Shown: positions 50,317 through 60,026 of the stretch, in pieces | Numbering within the stretch: the stretch's first letter is position 1 | Layout: the number at the start of each line of letters is the position of its first letter | Origin: Lachnospiraceae bacterium | GTDB taxonomy: Bacteria; Bacillota; Clostridia; Lachnospirales; Lachnospiraceae | DNA: 64,000 nt | Direction: 5' to 3' | Assembly: GCA_045531055.1 (NCBI GenBank) | Contig: JAZSDG010000031.1 | Span: 11,282 to 75,281 of the forward strand | Notes under the pieces: model-generated | Database searches by the model: none | The model's input: the letters and a program-made list of their open reading frames with translations, nothing else | Told to the model about the DNA's origin: nothing | Translations under genes and position numbers: made by a program

Positions 50317-51579
50317 TTAACGTAATTCCGCAATTCGCGTAACCGCTACATAAATTGCAGAAATCTCATACCACGTTCTATAATCAACCACGCCTGTCAC
50401 CGGGAGCCCAAATACCGATTGGAACGCCCGTACCGCTTCGCGTGTACGGTTTCCATAAATACCATCTGCAGATACTTTCGGAATGGCAGGATATGCGCGC
50501 GAAATTCTCGCCAACTGTTCCTGCATCTGGCGTACCTTGTTGCCGGTTGCGCCTATTGAGAGATTATATCCCGGCCAAGATGCAGGGATTCCCGAAATCC
50601 CTTCTGCCGTATTGATATACATATCACTTCCATAAAAATTGCGTAAAATCTGAATTGTGGAATATCCTTGATCTGCTAAATACTTGCTCCCCCACTGGGT
50701 CATCCAATTGGGACAAGTAACTTTCTGTCCATCACAGTATTGCGTTAGAATCGGCTGTGTCACATTTGGACGAGACAAATAATTCTCAAACACTTCATCC
50801 ACAATCTCAGAAATGCTGGAAAAGAAGTTCCTTCCAGGAATAAACTTATGGTCGAATGCAGTCGATGATGTGATGGTAAAATCATATCCTTTTCCTCGGT
50901 ACCATTCGGTGTAAACACGATTCAAGGTAAATGACATAATTGCCAAAACATTCGCTCTTATCGCAGCTGCCGGCCAAGTTGCGTATATCTCACTGGATGC
51001 AACATTCTTAATATAGTCCCTATAACGCACATAATAATTCCTTGCAGTGCTATCCGATGGTACACCATCATGTACGACAACATATTCCGGAATGACCACT
51101 CGGCTTAATACGATTTCTCCGGTATCATTTACTGTCTTAATCTCTTCTTCTGGTATCTTAGGTGGGTATTCTGCATATAACGTGTGCGCCGGAATTACGA
51201 TATTTTCGAACTGATCTCCCGCAGCATCTTCGGAATCAAGTGAAACGTTCTGAATCGATGTTTCTTCCGGTAAAACTTCGATCCCCGAAATGTTGATTGA
51301 CCGAAACCCCGGAGCTGTGACTTCAATGGTGTATTCGGAGTACGGCTGCTGTTCGGACGGTTCCATGGAATATTGCAGCGGCGGAGCATCCAATGTAAGG
51401 ATCTGACTGTTTCCTGATTCATCCGTGGTCACCTCCTCTAACGTCTGGGAAGGATTCCCGGTATAAGAAACGGTAATCCTTGCATTCGAAATCGGTAATC
51501 CTCCACTTGCGGAATTCACTCTGATTTGAAGTCGTCCGGTATCCGTTGTCTCCTGTTGTAAGTAGTGCAAATTCTTCAT
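50317..51579 (-). CDS. sleC: Spore cortex-lytic enzyme SleC-like
   Basis: YIKNVASSEIYATW, NRVYTEWY, QWGS; C-terminal PG-binding domain. Confidence 0.87.
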   Translation of the reverse strand: MKNLHYLQQETTDTGRLQIRVNSASGGLPISNARITVSYTGNPSQTLEEVTTDESGNSQILTLDAPPLQYSMEPSEQQPYSEYTIEVTAPGFRSINISGIEVLPEETSIQNVSLDSEDAAGDQFENIVIPAHTLYAEYPPKIPEEEIKTVNDTGEIVLSRVVIPEYVVVHDGVPSDSTARNYYVRYRDYIKNVASSEIYATWPAAAIRANVLAIMSFTLNRVYTEWYRGKGYDFTITSSTAFDHKFIPGRNFFSSISEIVDEVFENYLSRPNVTQPILTQYCDGQKVTCPNWMTQWGSKYLADQGYSTIQILRNFYGSDMYINTAEGISGIPASWPGYNLSIGATGNKVRQMQEQLARISRAYPAIPKVSADGIYGNRTREAVRAFQSVFGLPVTGVVDYRTWYEISAIYVAVTRIAELR

Positions 51580-51753
51580 AGAAATTCCTTGTTATTCACT
51601 CGGATTATCTTATGCACTCTTTTTTTATATGTTACCACAGAATCAACAAAATTGCAATTTATCTTGCATTTATCTTGAAGACTTCACATAACCTTTGGTA
51701 TAATATTAGAAATTGACTCTGATAACATTGTTTGAAAGAAATGGGGTATTTTT

Positions 51754-52260
51754 ATGCACACATTCCAACCTTATCCAATTGAACTGTTAGAGATGAATCC
51801 TTTTACGAAGATTGCAAAGGAATGGGCTCTATTAACCGCCGGTACCAAAGACAACGCAAATCCTATGACTGTCAGCTGGGGAGGTGTTGGTGTATTATGG
51901 GGCAAGAACGTTGCATATCTTTTTGTTCGTGATTCCCGCTACACCAAAGAATTAATTGACCATGGAGAATTTTTCTCACTTTCCTTCTTGGATGAGAAAT
52001 ATCGTTCTTCCTTACAATTTTGCGGTTCTCACTCCGGCAGAGATGGCAACAAGTGGGACGAAACCAATCTCAATCCTGCATTCCGCCATGGCATCCCATA
52101 TCCGGATGAAGCAAATCTTGTTATGTTGTGTCAAAAGATGGCTGCCGTTCCACTGACTGAAGATACATTTCTTGATCCTTCTATTAAGGGGAAATGGTAT
52201 GCAGATGGTGATATGCACACCATGTATATTGCAGAGATTATTGATGTAATGGCACGGTAA
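51754..52260 (+). CDS. Flavin reductase-like protein
   Basis: NPMTVSWGG, RYT, CGSHSGRD, H.MYIAEI. Confidence 0.85.
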   Translation: MHTFQPYPIELLEMNPFTKIAKEWALLTAGTKDNANPMTVSWGGVGVLWGKNVAYLFVRDSRYTKELIDHGEFFSLSFLDEKYRSSLQFCGSHSGRDGNKWDETNLNPAFRHGIPYPDEANLVMLCQKMAAVPLTEDTFLDPSIKGKWYADGDMHTMYIAEIIDVMAR

Positions 52261-52299
52261 ATTTTCAACAAAATAATTTACACACTCCTTCTAAAATCA

Positions 52300-52342
52300 A
52301 ATAGGGAGCGAAGCACTCTAGTGATATGCTTCACTCCTTATT
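52300..52342. terminator. Bidirectional terminator
   Basis: AATAGGGAGCGAAGCA / TGCTTCACTCCTTATT. Confidence 0.7.
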
Positions 52343-52344
52343 TT

Positions 52345-52845
52345 TTACCTACATCCGGTGCTGATTGATTCAATCGCAACCGCTCCGCCACGAACAACGG
52401 AGATATGCTTAAATTTTGACTTTAGCAATGCAATTAAGTCGTTGTTATGATGTTCTGTCAACGTACATTCCAGCAATATGGAATCCTTTCCGATATCTGC
52501 TACATCCACTTTAAATACCTGCGCAATCTGAAATATTTCGGCTTTCTGTTCTACATCGATACCGGTTATTTTTACAAAAAGAATTTCTTTCATGTGAATC
52601 GGCACATCTGTTAAGTCAATTACCTTGATTACTTCAATCATTCGATTCAGCTGTTTTTTTATCTGCTCAAAGGTAATATCATCACTTGTTACGCAAATGG
52701 TCATTCTTGATACCGTTTCATCTTCTGTCGGTCCTACCGTTAAGGACTGAAGGTTGTATGATTTTCCGGAAAAAAGACCGGAAACTTTGGCAAGAACACC
52801 GATTTCATTTTCTACATATAATGCAATCCAACGATTTTTCATCAT
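52345..52845 (-). CDS. ilvN: Acetolactate synthase small subunit
   Basis: ACT domain VEN..GVL.KV.GLFS...YNL.SL, QIKKQL. Confidence 0.88.
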   Translation of the reverse strand: MMKNRWIALYVENEIGVLAKVSGLFSGKSYNLQSLTVGPTEDETVSRMTICVTSDDITFEQIKKQLNRMIEVIKVIDLTDVPIHMKEILFVKITGIDVEQKAEIFQIAQVFKVDVADIGKDSILLECTLTEHHNNDLIALLKSKFKHISVVRGGAVAIESISTGCR

Positions 52846-52859
52846 TATCCGATCTCCTC

Positions 52860-54581
52860 CTATTTCAAAATCATTTCACTCATTGGGTTTCCACCTTTTA
52901 CCATTGGAAGTACAATTTCATCCGTCGCAATCATAAATTCGATTACCGTTGGTGTAGTGGTATTCTCTTTGGCTTTTGCAAATGCTGCGTCAATATCTTC
53001 TTCTTTTTCTACACGAATTCCAACCGCACCGTAGCTTTCTGCTAATTTCACAAAGTCCGGTGTGTATGGTGGGCAAGCTTCATTTGGACCTTTGCAGTTG
53101 TTCGGGCAGGTTGCGCGTTTTCTAAGGCAGGTTGCAGAATAGCGCTTTCCGTAGAAAAGTTGCTGCATCTGGCGAACCATTCCAAGATAATAGTTATTCA
53201 AAAGACATACGGTTACTGCTGCGCCTTGTGTTACTGCTGTTGCCATCTCCTGAATATTCATCTGGAAACCACCGTCACCGGAGATGCATACTACATCTTT
53301 ATCCGGATTGGCAATCTTGGCACCGATCGCTGCCGGAAAGCCATATCCCATGGTTCCAAGTCCTCCGGAAGTAAGCAACTGGCTATCATCTTCTACTTCC
53401 AGATACTGTGTTGCCCACATCTGATGCTGTCCAACATCTGTTACATAAATAGCATTCGTATAATTCGCATTGATATGCTCCATAATCATCTGCGGAGTCA
53501 TGCCGCGGTCACGACGCATTGCAAGCGGGTTTTCCTGTTCCCATTCATCAATCTGTTTCTGCCAGCTTTGTGTCTTTTTCGGTTCTGCCCACTCTAATAA
53601 CTTTTCTAATGCTAATTTGGCATCGGAAACTACCGGTACATCTACCACTACATTGCGTGAAATGGATGCGGTATCTACGTCAATATGTACAATCTTTGCT
53701 TTCGGAGCAAATTCATTCAAATCACCGGTGATTCGGTCGTTAAAACGGGTTCCGATGGAAAAGAGCAAATCACATTCGCTGACTGCTTTATTTGCCGCAA
53801 ATCTACCATGCATACCACAGTTTCCAACATACAGTTCATGCGCAGTAGGCATGGAACCTTTTCCCATAATGGTGGTAACTACCGGAACATTTACTTTTTC
53901 TGCAAATGCACGTAATTCTTTACTTGCTCTGGCAATATTTACACCACCGCCGGCAAGAATTAATGGTTTCTTTGCAGATTTCAGCATTTTGTATGCGCGT
54001 TTTAACTGTCCAACGTGAACGCTGGTATTTGGTTTGTATCCACGAATCTCTACATGAGACGGATATTCGGACGGTCCTGTTGCTGTCTGGATATCTTTTG
54101 GAATATCAATCAAAACCGGGCCCGGTTTGCCGGTACGTGCAATATGAAATGCTTTTTTGATGATTTTTCCAAGGTCTTCACGATTACGAACTGTTACACC
54201 GTATTTGGTAATGCTTCTGGTGATTCCTACAATATCCACTTCCTGGAATGCGTCATTTCCAATCAGATTCAGTGGTACCTGACCGGTAAAACAAACAAGC
54301 GGAATGTTGTCATAATGTGCATCTGCCAAACCGGTAATGATATTGGTTGCTCCCGGTCCGCTGGTAACAAGACATACGCCAACTTTTCCGGTAGATTCCG
54401 CATAACCTTCTGCCTCATGAATGAGTCCCTGCTCATGACGAGGCAATACTACTTTTATGGAATCTGTTTTGTATAATTCATCAAACAAATCGGTAACCGT
54501 TCCTCCCGGATAACCAAAAATGGTGTCTACACCTTCTTCTTCTAATGCTTTTACGAATAATTTTCTTCCTGTTATATCCAT
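52860..54581 (-). CDS. ilvB: Acetolactate synthase large subunit
   Basis: FGYPGG, RHEQG, SGGLGTMG, GDGGFQMN, GMVRQ. Confidence 0.92.
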   Translation of the reverse strand: MDITGRKLFVKALEEEGVDTIFGYPGGTVTDLFDELYKTDSIKVVLPRHEQGLIHEAEGYAESTGKVGVCLVTSGPGATNIITGLADAHYDNIPLVCFTGQVPLNLIGNDAFQEVDIVGITRSITKYGVTVRNREDLGKIIKKAFHIARTGKPGPVLIDIPKDIQTATGPSEYPSHVEIRGYKPNTSVHVGQLKRAYKMLKSAKKPLILAGGGVNIARASKELRAFAEKVNVPVVTTIMGKGSMPTAHELYVGNCGMHGRFAANKAVSECDLLFSIGTRFNDRITGDLNEFAPKAKIVHIDVDTASISRNVVVDVPVVSDAKLALEKLLEWAEPKKTQSWQKQIDEWEQENPLAMRRDRGMTPQMIMEHINANYTNAIYVTDVGQHQMWATQYLEVEDDSQLLTSGGLGTMGYGFPAAIGAKIANPDKDVVCISGDGGFQMNIQEMATAVTQGAAVTVCLLNNYYLGMVRQMQQLFYGKRYSATCLRKRATCPNNCKGPNEACPPYTPDFVKLAESYGAVGIRVEKEEDIDAAFAKAKENTTTPTVIEFMIATDEIVLPMVKGGNPMSEMILK

Positions 54582-54596
54582 ACTTTCATCCCTTTC

Positions 54597-55547
54597 CTAT
54601 ATCAAAGACAAAACTTTCAGCAAATATATCCATCCTGTCAACGTAAACGCGGCAAGAAGTGTTGTTGCCACAACAATACTTGCTGTCAAAACTCCATCGT
54701 TTTTCATATTCTTTGCCATAATGTAACAACTTGGTGTCGCCGGTGCCGCAAGCATAATTAATATTGCTATCATCTTTTCTCCGGTGAAGCCCAGATAAGC
54801 GGCTACCGGCACAAAGACCAGCGGCTGAACCACCAATTTGACAAGGGACGCAACCAGCGTCGGCTTGATTTTGGCAAGAGCCTTTCTTCCCTCGAACCCC
54901 GCACCAAGCGCAATAAGTGCAAGCGGTGTTGCAAGTTGTGCTACAGAACTTACTGTTTTATCAATCAGTATCGGAAAATCAATTCCGATAAACGAAACAA
55001 TCAATCCTAGGAAAATTGCTATAATAATTGGATTTTTAATAATATTGGTGCATGCTTCTTTGATTTTACCGGTGTCTTTTCCTTCACCAGCGCTATCCGC
55101 CTCAAATGTTAACACAATTACCGAATACACATTATAGAGCGGAACTGCACCAATAATCATAAGTGGGCCCATTGCAGATGCTCCATATATATTACTGATA
55201 AAAGCAAGCCCCATTACGGCCGCACTGCTTCGAAACGATGCCTGCACAAATGCCCCGCGCATTCTCTTGTCCTTCATAAAAAGCTTTGTTGCTCCCCATA
55301 TGACCCAAAAACAAACGGTACTTGCGCCTGCACAAAACAACACAAACTTCAAATCAAACACTTCCCGCATGTTGACCGCGGCAATATCGCGAAACACCAT
55401 TACCGGCAATGTGACACTAAAATTAAATTTATTGGCTACTGTTACAAAATTGTCGTTGAACATTCCTTTTTGTCGGAGTGCCCATCCCACTACCATAACT
55501 AAAAAAATGGGTAGCGTGACATTTAAACTAAATAAAAAATCTCTCAT
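54597..55547 (-). CDS. AEC (auxin efflux carrier/malate permease) family transporter
   Basis: ~10 TM helices; NPIIIA, TPLALI. Confidence 0.85.
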   Translation of the reverse strand: MRDFLFSLNVTLPIFLVMVVGWALRQKGMFNDNFVTVANKFNFSVTLPVMVFRDIAAVNMREVFDLKFVLFCAGASTVCFWVIWGATKLFMKDKRMRGAFVQASFRSSAAVMGLAFISNIYGASAMGPLMIIGAVPLYNVYSVIVLTFEADSAGEGKDTGKIKEACTNIIKNPIIIAIFLGLIVSFIGIDFPILIDKTVSSVAQLATPLALIALGAGFEGRKALAKIKPTLVASLVKLVVQPLVFVPVAAYLGFTGEKMIAILIMLAAPATPSCYIMAKNMKNDGVLTASIVVATTLLAAFTLTGWIYLLKVLSLI

Positions 55548-56039
55548 TTATCGTACTCTTTCGTATCGGTAAAAATAAAACTCCAAGTCAAAATATGTCT
55601 GTTCCTCACTATCACCGGTCACTTTCCAATCCTCTCTTTCATCCAGATTCGGGAAGTACGCATCTGCATCATATGCATAATCAATCTTGGTAATATGTGC
55701 AACATCACACTGGTCTAACAGCTGCTCGTATATTTTCTCTCCACCGATTACATAAACATCTTCACTGTTATATTTTTTTAATTCTTCCTGCAACTCATCC
55801 ATAGAATGGACAACAATCGCATCTTTGACGGTATAGTTTGGATTGCGTGTCAAAACAATATTGACTCGATTCTTAAGCGGAAGACCGTTTGGAAAGCTCT
55901 CCAATGTCTTTCTTCCCATGACAACTACTTTACCGGTTGTTGTCTCACGGAAAAATTTCTGGTCCATAGGGATACGGACAAGTAACTGATTATTCTTGCC
56001 AATTGCCCAATTTTTATCTACTGCTGCAATTAAATTCAT
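55548..56039 (-). CDS. folA: Dihydrofolate reductase
   Basis: IG..N.L, MGRKTLES, PL.NR.N, IGG. Confidence 0.94.
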   Translation of the reverse strand: MNLIAAVDKNWAIGKNNQLLVRIPMDQKFFRETTTGKVVVMGRKTLESFPNGLPLKNRVNIVLTRNPNYTVKDAIVVHSMDELQEELKKYNSEDVYVIGGEKIYEQLLDQCDVAHITKIDYAYDADAYFPNLDEREDWKVTGDSEEQTYFDLEFYFYRYERVR

Positions 56040-56057
56040 GATAACGTTCTCCTATTT

Positions 56058-56906
56058 CTAAACTGCAATCGGAATATTTTTTATCTGTGGTCCGGTTACA
56101 TAATCGGTAATCTTAATATCATCTGTTGTAAACTGATAAAAATCTTTGATTTCCGGATTCAACCAGAACTTCGGAGCCGCATACTGCTCTCTTGTAATTA
56201 ATTCTTCCACCAACGGCACATGACGATCATAAATGTGCGCATCTGCAATCACATGTACCAGCTCTCCTACCTGCATATCACAAACCTGTGCAAGCATATG
56301 CACAAGCACTGCATACTGACATACATTCCAGTTATTTGCTGCAAGTACATCCTGCGAACGCTGATTCAAAACAGCATTCAACGTAAGTTTATCTTCACCC
56401 TTTTTCTGTGTCACATTAAACGTCATACTATATGCGCATGGGTAGAGATGCATCTCATGCAAATCCTGATGCACATATATATTGGTCATAATGCGGCGGC
56501 TGAACGGATTGTTCTTTAAATCATAAATTACACGATCCACCTGGTCCATCATTCCTTCTTTGTACTGATGCTTAACCCCAAGCTGATATCCGTATGCTTT
56601 TCCAATGGAGCCGGTCTCATCCGCCCATTCGTCCCATACCGTGCTCTTTAAATCGTTGATATTGTTAGATTTACGCTGCCAAATCCAAAGCATCTCTTCC
56701 GTGGCCGTCTTAATTGCGGTCTTGCGCAAGGTGATAGCCGGAAATTCCTTGGACAAATCATAACGATTGACGACACCAAACTTTTTAATCGTATAGGCGC
56801 TTGTGCCATCTTCCCAGTGCGGACGAACCAATTCGCCTTCTGTACTGGTGCCATTTTCTAGTATATCTTTACACATGCTTACAAAGATTTGATCTGCGTA
56901 ACTCAT
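56058..56906 (-). CDS. thyA: Thymidylate synthase
   Basis: SRR, LYPC, QRSQD..AANNWN, HIYDRH. Confidence 0.94.
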   Translation of the reverse strand: MSYADQIFVSMCKDILENGTSTEGELVRPHWEDGTSAYTIKKFGVVNRYDLSKEFPAITLRKTAIKTATEEMLWIWQRKSNNINDLKSTVWDEWADETGSIGKAYGYQLGVKHQYKEGMMDQVDRVIYDLKNNPFSRRIMTNIYVHQDLHEMHLYPCAYSMTFNVTQKKGEDKLTLNAVLNQRSQDVLAANNWNVCQYAVLVHMLAQVCDMQVGELVHVIADAHIYDRHVPLVEELITREQYAAPKFWLNPEIKDFYQFTTDDIKITDYVTGPQIKNIPIAV

Positions 56907-57037
56907 AGCCTTCCTCCGTGTATTTATTCATCGAACCTTTATTTTACCTAATTTACTTGGAAAACGCAAGATATCTGTTGCAAATGAATCCAGCTTTATG
57001 TCATACTAATAGCAATCTTTTTACAAAGGAGCCTTTT

Positions 57038-57946
57038 ATGTTATTTTATCTTGCACCCATGGAAGGAATGACAGGTTATGTTGTACGCAATGCCTTTCAC
57101 CATCATTTCCATACCATCGACCGCTATTTCACACCATTTATTCCGGCCAATAAAAAAATGAACCACAAATTTCTTTGTGATATTTCTCCGGAAAACAATA
57201 AAGAAATCACCGTCATCCCACAACTTATGGCAAATCAGGCAAAGGACGTATTAGAAAAATGCGAACAATTAGCAACATTCGGCTATGACACATTTAACCT
57301 TAATCTTGGCTGTCCTTCCAAAACCGTGGTCACTAAGAAACGCGGTGCCGGCTTTCTCGCTTATCCGGATGAACTGGATGCTTTTTTATATGAACTTTTT
57401 TCGCAAACACCATATAAAATCTCTATTAAAACAAGAATCGGCATGGAAAATGATTCTCATTGGGAACAGATACTTTCTATCTATCAGAAATATCCTCTTG
57501 AGGAGCTCATTATTCATCCCCGCACGCAATCAGATTTTTATCAAGGAGCACTTCACTATGATGCGTTTGCTTTAGCCACAGATAGTAAATTCCCAATTTG
57601 TTTTAATGGGGATATTACTGATTGCGATTCTTTTCAGTCTATACGCAAGCAATTTCCAACGGTTACGCGCTTCATGATTGGACGCGGCCTCTTTCGAAAT
57701 CCCGGATTGATTGGAGAATTGCTCGGGCAAAAACCGGCCGGCATGAACACACTTCGCGCCTTTCACGATGAAATTGTTGAAGGGTACTGCAGCTTATTTT
57801 CCGGAGAAAAGGATGTGCTATTCCATATGAAAGAAATTTGGTCTTATCTTGGCACACACTTTCATGATTGCGACAAAGCAATAAAAGGTATTCGCAAAGC
57901 ACAAACTTTGACAGAATATCTGGTACATGTGAATTCTATTTTGTAA
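57038..57946 (+). CDS. tRNA-dihydrouridine synthase family protein
   Basis: LAPMEG, NLNLGCP, IHPRT, NGDI, MIGRG; start at MLFY with AAGGAG. Confidence 0.88.
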   Translation: MLFYLAPMEGMTGYVVRNAFHHHFHTIDRYFTPFIPANKKMNHKFLCDISPENNKEITVIPQLMANQAKDVLEKCEQLATFGYDTFNLNLGCPSKTVVTKKRGAGFLAYPDELDAFLYELFSQTPYKISIKTRIGMENDSHWEQILSIYQKYPLEELIIHPRTQSDFYQGALHYDAFALATDSKFPICFNGDITDCDSFQSIRKQFPTVTRFMIGRGLFRNPGLIGELLGQKPAGMNTLRAFHDEIVEGYCSLFSGEKDVLFHMKEIWSYLGTHFHDCDKAIKGIRKAQTLTEYLVHVNSIL

Positions 57947-57999
57947 ATTAGGTAAGGGGAAAATGTACAAGAAATGTTCAGAAAAAATAATTGGTTTTA

Positions 58000-58677
58000 T
58001 TAATCCATCATTTTCTGTTTTAAAGGTTTTAAAAAATTCTTTTTTAATGTCCTATCATTTCCAAAAAATCTTTTTTCAGAATTAGACAATACGTGATTTT
58101 CACACTTGAGTTCCAGCAACTGCAAAGTACAAACTAAATCTGCAACCTGGAATAACCTATAATCAGAAGGAATCACTTTTCTAAATTCAACATTGTCAAA
58201 TAATACATTGAAAACCGAGGACAATATTTTGTTAAGTTCAATCTGTCCATTATCATAGTATACTTTAATCATATCATAAGAAGCGAAATAGAACATATTA
58301 TCGCGCAAGAACCGCGACAATTGTTTTGCTAATTTCCCTGCAACTTCTATCTCATCGGCAATGTGTTTCTTCTCAATATAGATTGTTTTGCACATAGTAT
58401 TCGTTTGCCGTAAAAAAGACATCATTTTCTTCATTATCTTTTGACGAATTTCCATTTTTTCAAAACGATAATCCTGTTCTTGTCTAATAATAGGTCCCGC
58501 ATGAACACAATGATTAGGATAGCCAATATATTGCAATTCGTTTTCTAATTTATTCAATTCTGCAGATAAATCATACACTTGATCATGCATTACCATTGCA
58601 ATTATGTAATATGGAGAACGGAAATCATATTCTCCAAAATCACCTGATTCATCAATAAATATACTTAATTCTTTCAT
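58000..58677 (-). CDS. DUF3800-family protein (predicted RNase H-like fold)
   Basis: N-terminal IFIDESG, central YYD, C-terminal QVADL; AT-rich. Confidence 0.82.
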   Translation of the reverse strand: MKELSIFIDESGDFGEYDFRSPYYIIAMVMHDQVYDLSAELNKLENELQYIGYPNHCVHAGPIIRQEQDYRFEKMEIRQKIMKKMMSFLRQTNTMCKTIYIEKKHIADEIEVAGKLAKQLSRFLRDNMFYFASYDMIKVYYDNGQIELNKILSSVFNVLFDNVEFRKVIPSDYRLFQVADLVCTLQLLELKCENHVLSNSEKRFFGNDRTLKKNFLKPLKQKMMD

Positions 58678-58682
58678 CCTAT

Positions 58683-58760
58683 AAAAAGTGGCGGGTGTCT
58701 TACCCGCCGAAATGGTGGACCCGGGTCTTTCGACCAGCCCAAATGTTAACTTTGTTTACA
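58683..58760 (-). ncRNA. Candidate DUF3800-associated structured RNA ending in an intrinsic terminator
   Basis: UGGGCU-GGUC-GAAA-GACC-CG-GGUCCA hairpin then GGCGGGU-AAGAC-ACCCGCC-AC-UUUUU; GC-rich island in AT-rich DNA. Confidence 0.65.
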
Positions 58761-58765
58761 TATTT

Positions 58766-58794
58766 ATTATATGCAGAAATTTAAAAATAATCAA
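58766..58794 (-). promoter_or_regulatory. Sigma-A-type promoter for the RNA/DUF3800 unit
   Basis: TTGATT-17bp-TATAAT. Confidence 0.75.
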
Positions 58795-58900
58795 TACTGA
58801 ATTTTATTTTTTGCAACAAACACTTTACGAAAATATACAACACATTACTGATTTAGAGGTTGCCGGACATGTTTTCATAACATGACGGCCCCTTACATCC

Positions 58901-59749
58901 TTATTCTACGATATACAACAAACCAAGTGTTCCCCATCCGCAATGGCTGGAAATAACACTTCCTGCTCTTGTCACTAAAATTTCATCAAAATGATTTAGC
59001 GATTCTAAATATTCACGCACCGAATTTACAACCTCTTCCTCACATCCGGAATGTGTAATGAAAATTCTATCCTTCTTTGCTTTTAATAAATCTTCTTCCT
59101 GTTCTTTGGAATAGCTCATAATGGTTGCGGAAAGCTTTCCACGGTATTTCTTGTCCGCTCCTAATATGCCATCTTTTACCATAATCTTCGGGTGAAGCTT
59201 TAACATTCCACCTGCCATAGCAGCAAGTCCACTACATCTTCCGCCTCTGTGAAGATAGGTCAACGTATCCACTACAAAGCTTACGCGAAGGAGTGGCTTT
59301 AGTTCTTCCATACGGCTTACAATTTCTTCGCGGGATTTCCCTTCTTGTGCCATAATGGAAGCCTCAATCACGAGATGACCTACACCGGTGGAAAGGCTTT
59401 GTGAATCCACTACCGAGATTTTATCTTCTGCGCCTAATTCTTCTGCTGCAAGTCTCATAACATTGCCACTCGTAGATAAATGTCCCGAAACACTAAAACA
59501 TATCAGTTCATGTCCCTCATCCAAAAACGGTTTCATCACTTCCATCGCATCTTCCATGGAAACTGCGGATGTCTTTGGCGTTGTCTTATTCTCATCTGAC
59601 CATTTATAAATATCATCCGGTGTAATATTTACACCATCTAGAAACTCATCCTCTCCTAATAAAACGTGAAGTGGCAATACGGCTACTTCGTATTTCTCAA
59701 GCAATTCCTTCGACAAATCACATGTACTATCTGAAATAATCTTAACCAT
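58901..59749 (-). CDS. DegV-family fatty-acid-binding protein
   Basis: SDSTCDL, PKTSA, DSQSLS.G, GGR, SSHCG. Confidence 0.9.
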   Translation of the reverse strand: MVKIISDSTCDLSKELLEKYEVAVLPLHVLLGEDEFLDGVNITPDDIYKWSDENKTTPKTSAVSMEDAMEVMKPFLDEGHELICFSVSGHLSTSGNVMRLAAEELGAEDKISVVDSQSLSTGVGHLVIEASIMAQEGKSREEIVSRMEELKPLLRVSFVVDTLTYLHRGGRCSGLAAMAGGMLKLHPKIMVKDGILGADKKYRGKLSATIMSYSKEQEEDLLKAKKDRIFITHSGCEEEVVNSVREYLESLNHFDEILVTRAGSVISSHCGWGTLGLLYIVE

Positions 59750-59846
59750 TATAAATTCTCCTCCTATCAAGTACATTATCTTTTTTAGACATAAAAGTAT
59801 TATACCGCATCTGCGCTATGATTGCACGCGTTTTTTATATGGCAAA

Positions 59847-59876
59847 AAAGAACTTCTGAATCATCAGAAGTTCTTT
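59847..59876 (-). terminator. Terminator after tRNA-Gly
   Basis: AAAGAACTTCTGA-ATCA-TCAGAAGTTCTTT with T run on minus strand. Confidence 0.8.
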
Positions 59877-59882
59877 AGCAAG

Positions 59883-59955
59883 AGCGACAGACGGGGCTCG
59901 AACCCGCGGTCTCGACCTTGGCAAGGTCGCGCGTTACCAACTACGCCACTGTCGC
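59883..59955 (-). tRNA. tRNA-Gly(GCC), CCA not encoded
   Basis: GCGACAG/CTGTCGC acceptor stem, CGACC-TTGCCAA-GGTCG anticodon arm, GGTTCGA T-loop. Confidence 0.96.
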
Positions 59956-59997
59956 ATATTCTATTGTGTTCCGTGTTGTCTCTCAAACACAAGTAGT

Positions 59998-60026
59998 ATA
60001 ATATCAGACGAACACCTTTCTGTCAA
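59998..60026 (-). promoter_or_regulatory. tRNA-Gly promoter
   Basis: TTGACA-17bp-TATTAT with extended TG. Confidence 0.7.

Noticed and set aside
49598-50320. 240-aa ORF antisense to truA, and the many other shadow ORFs in the track
   Set aside because: They lie wholly within well-supported genes and show no recognisable motifs.
58688-58885. 65-aa plus-strand ORF over the DUF3800 leader
   Set aside because: No RBS; it runs antisense through the promoter and hairpins, so it is probably spurious.
59840-59955. tRNA-Gly as an attachment site for the nearby DUF3800 gene
   Set aside because: The tRNA is followed directly by its terminator and degV; no integrase or duplicated tRNA 3' end was seen.
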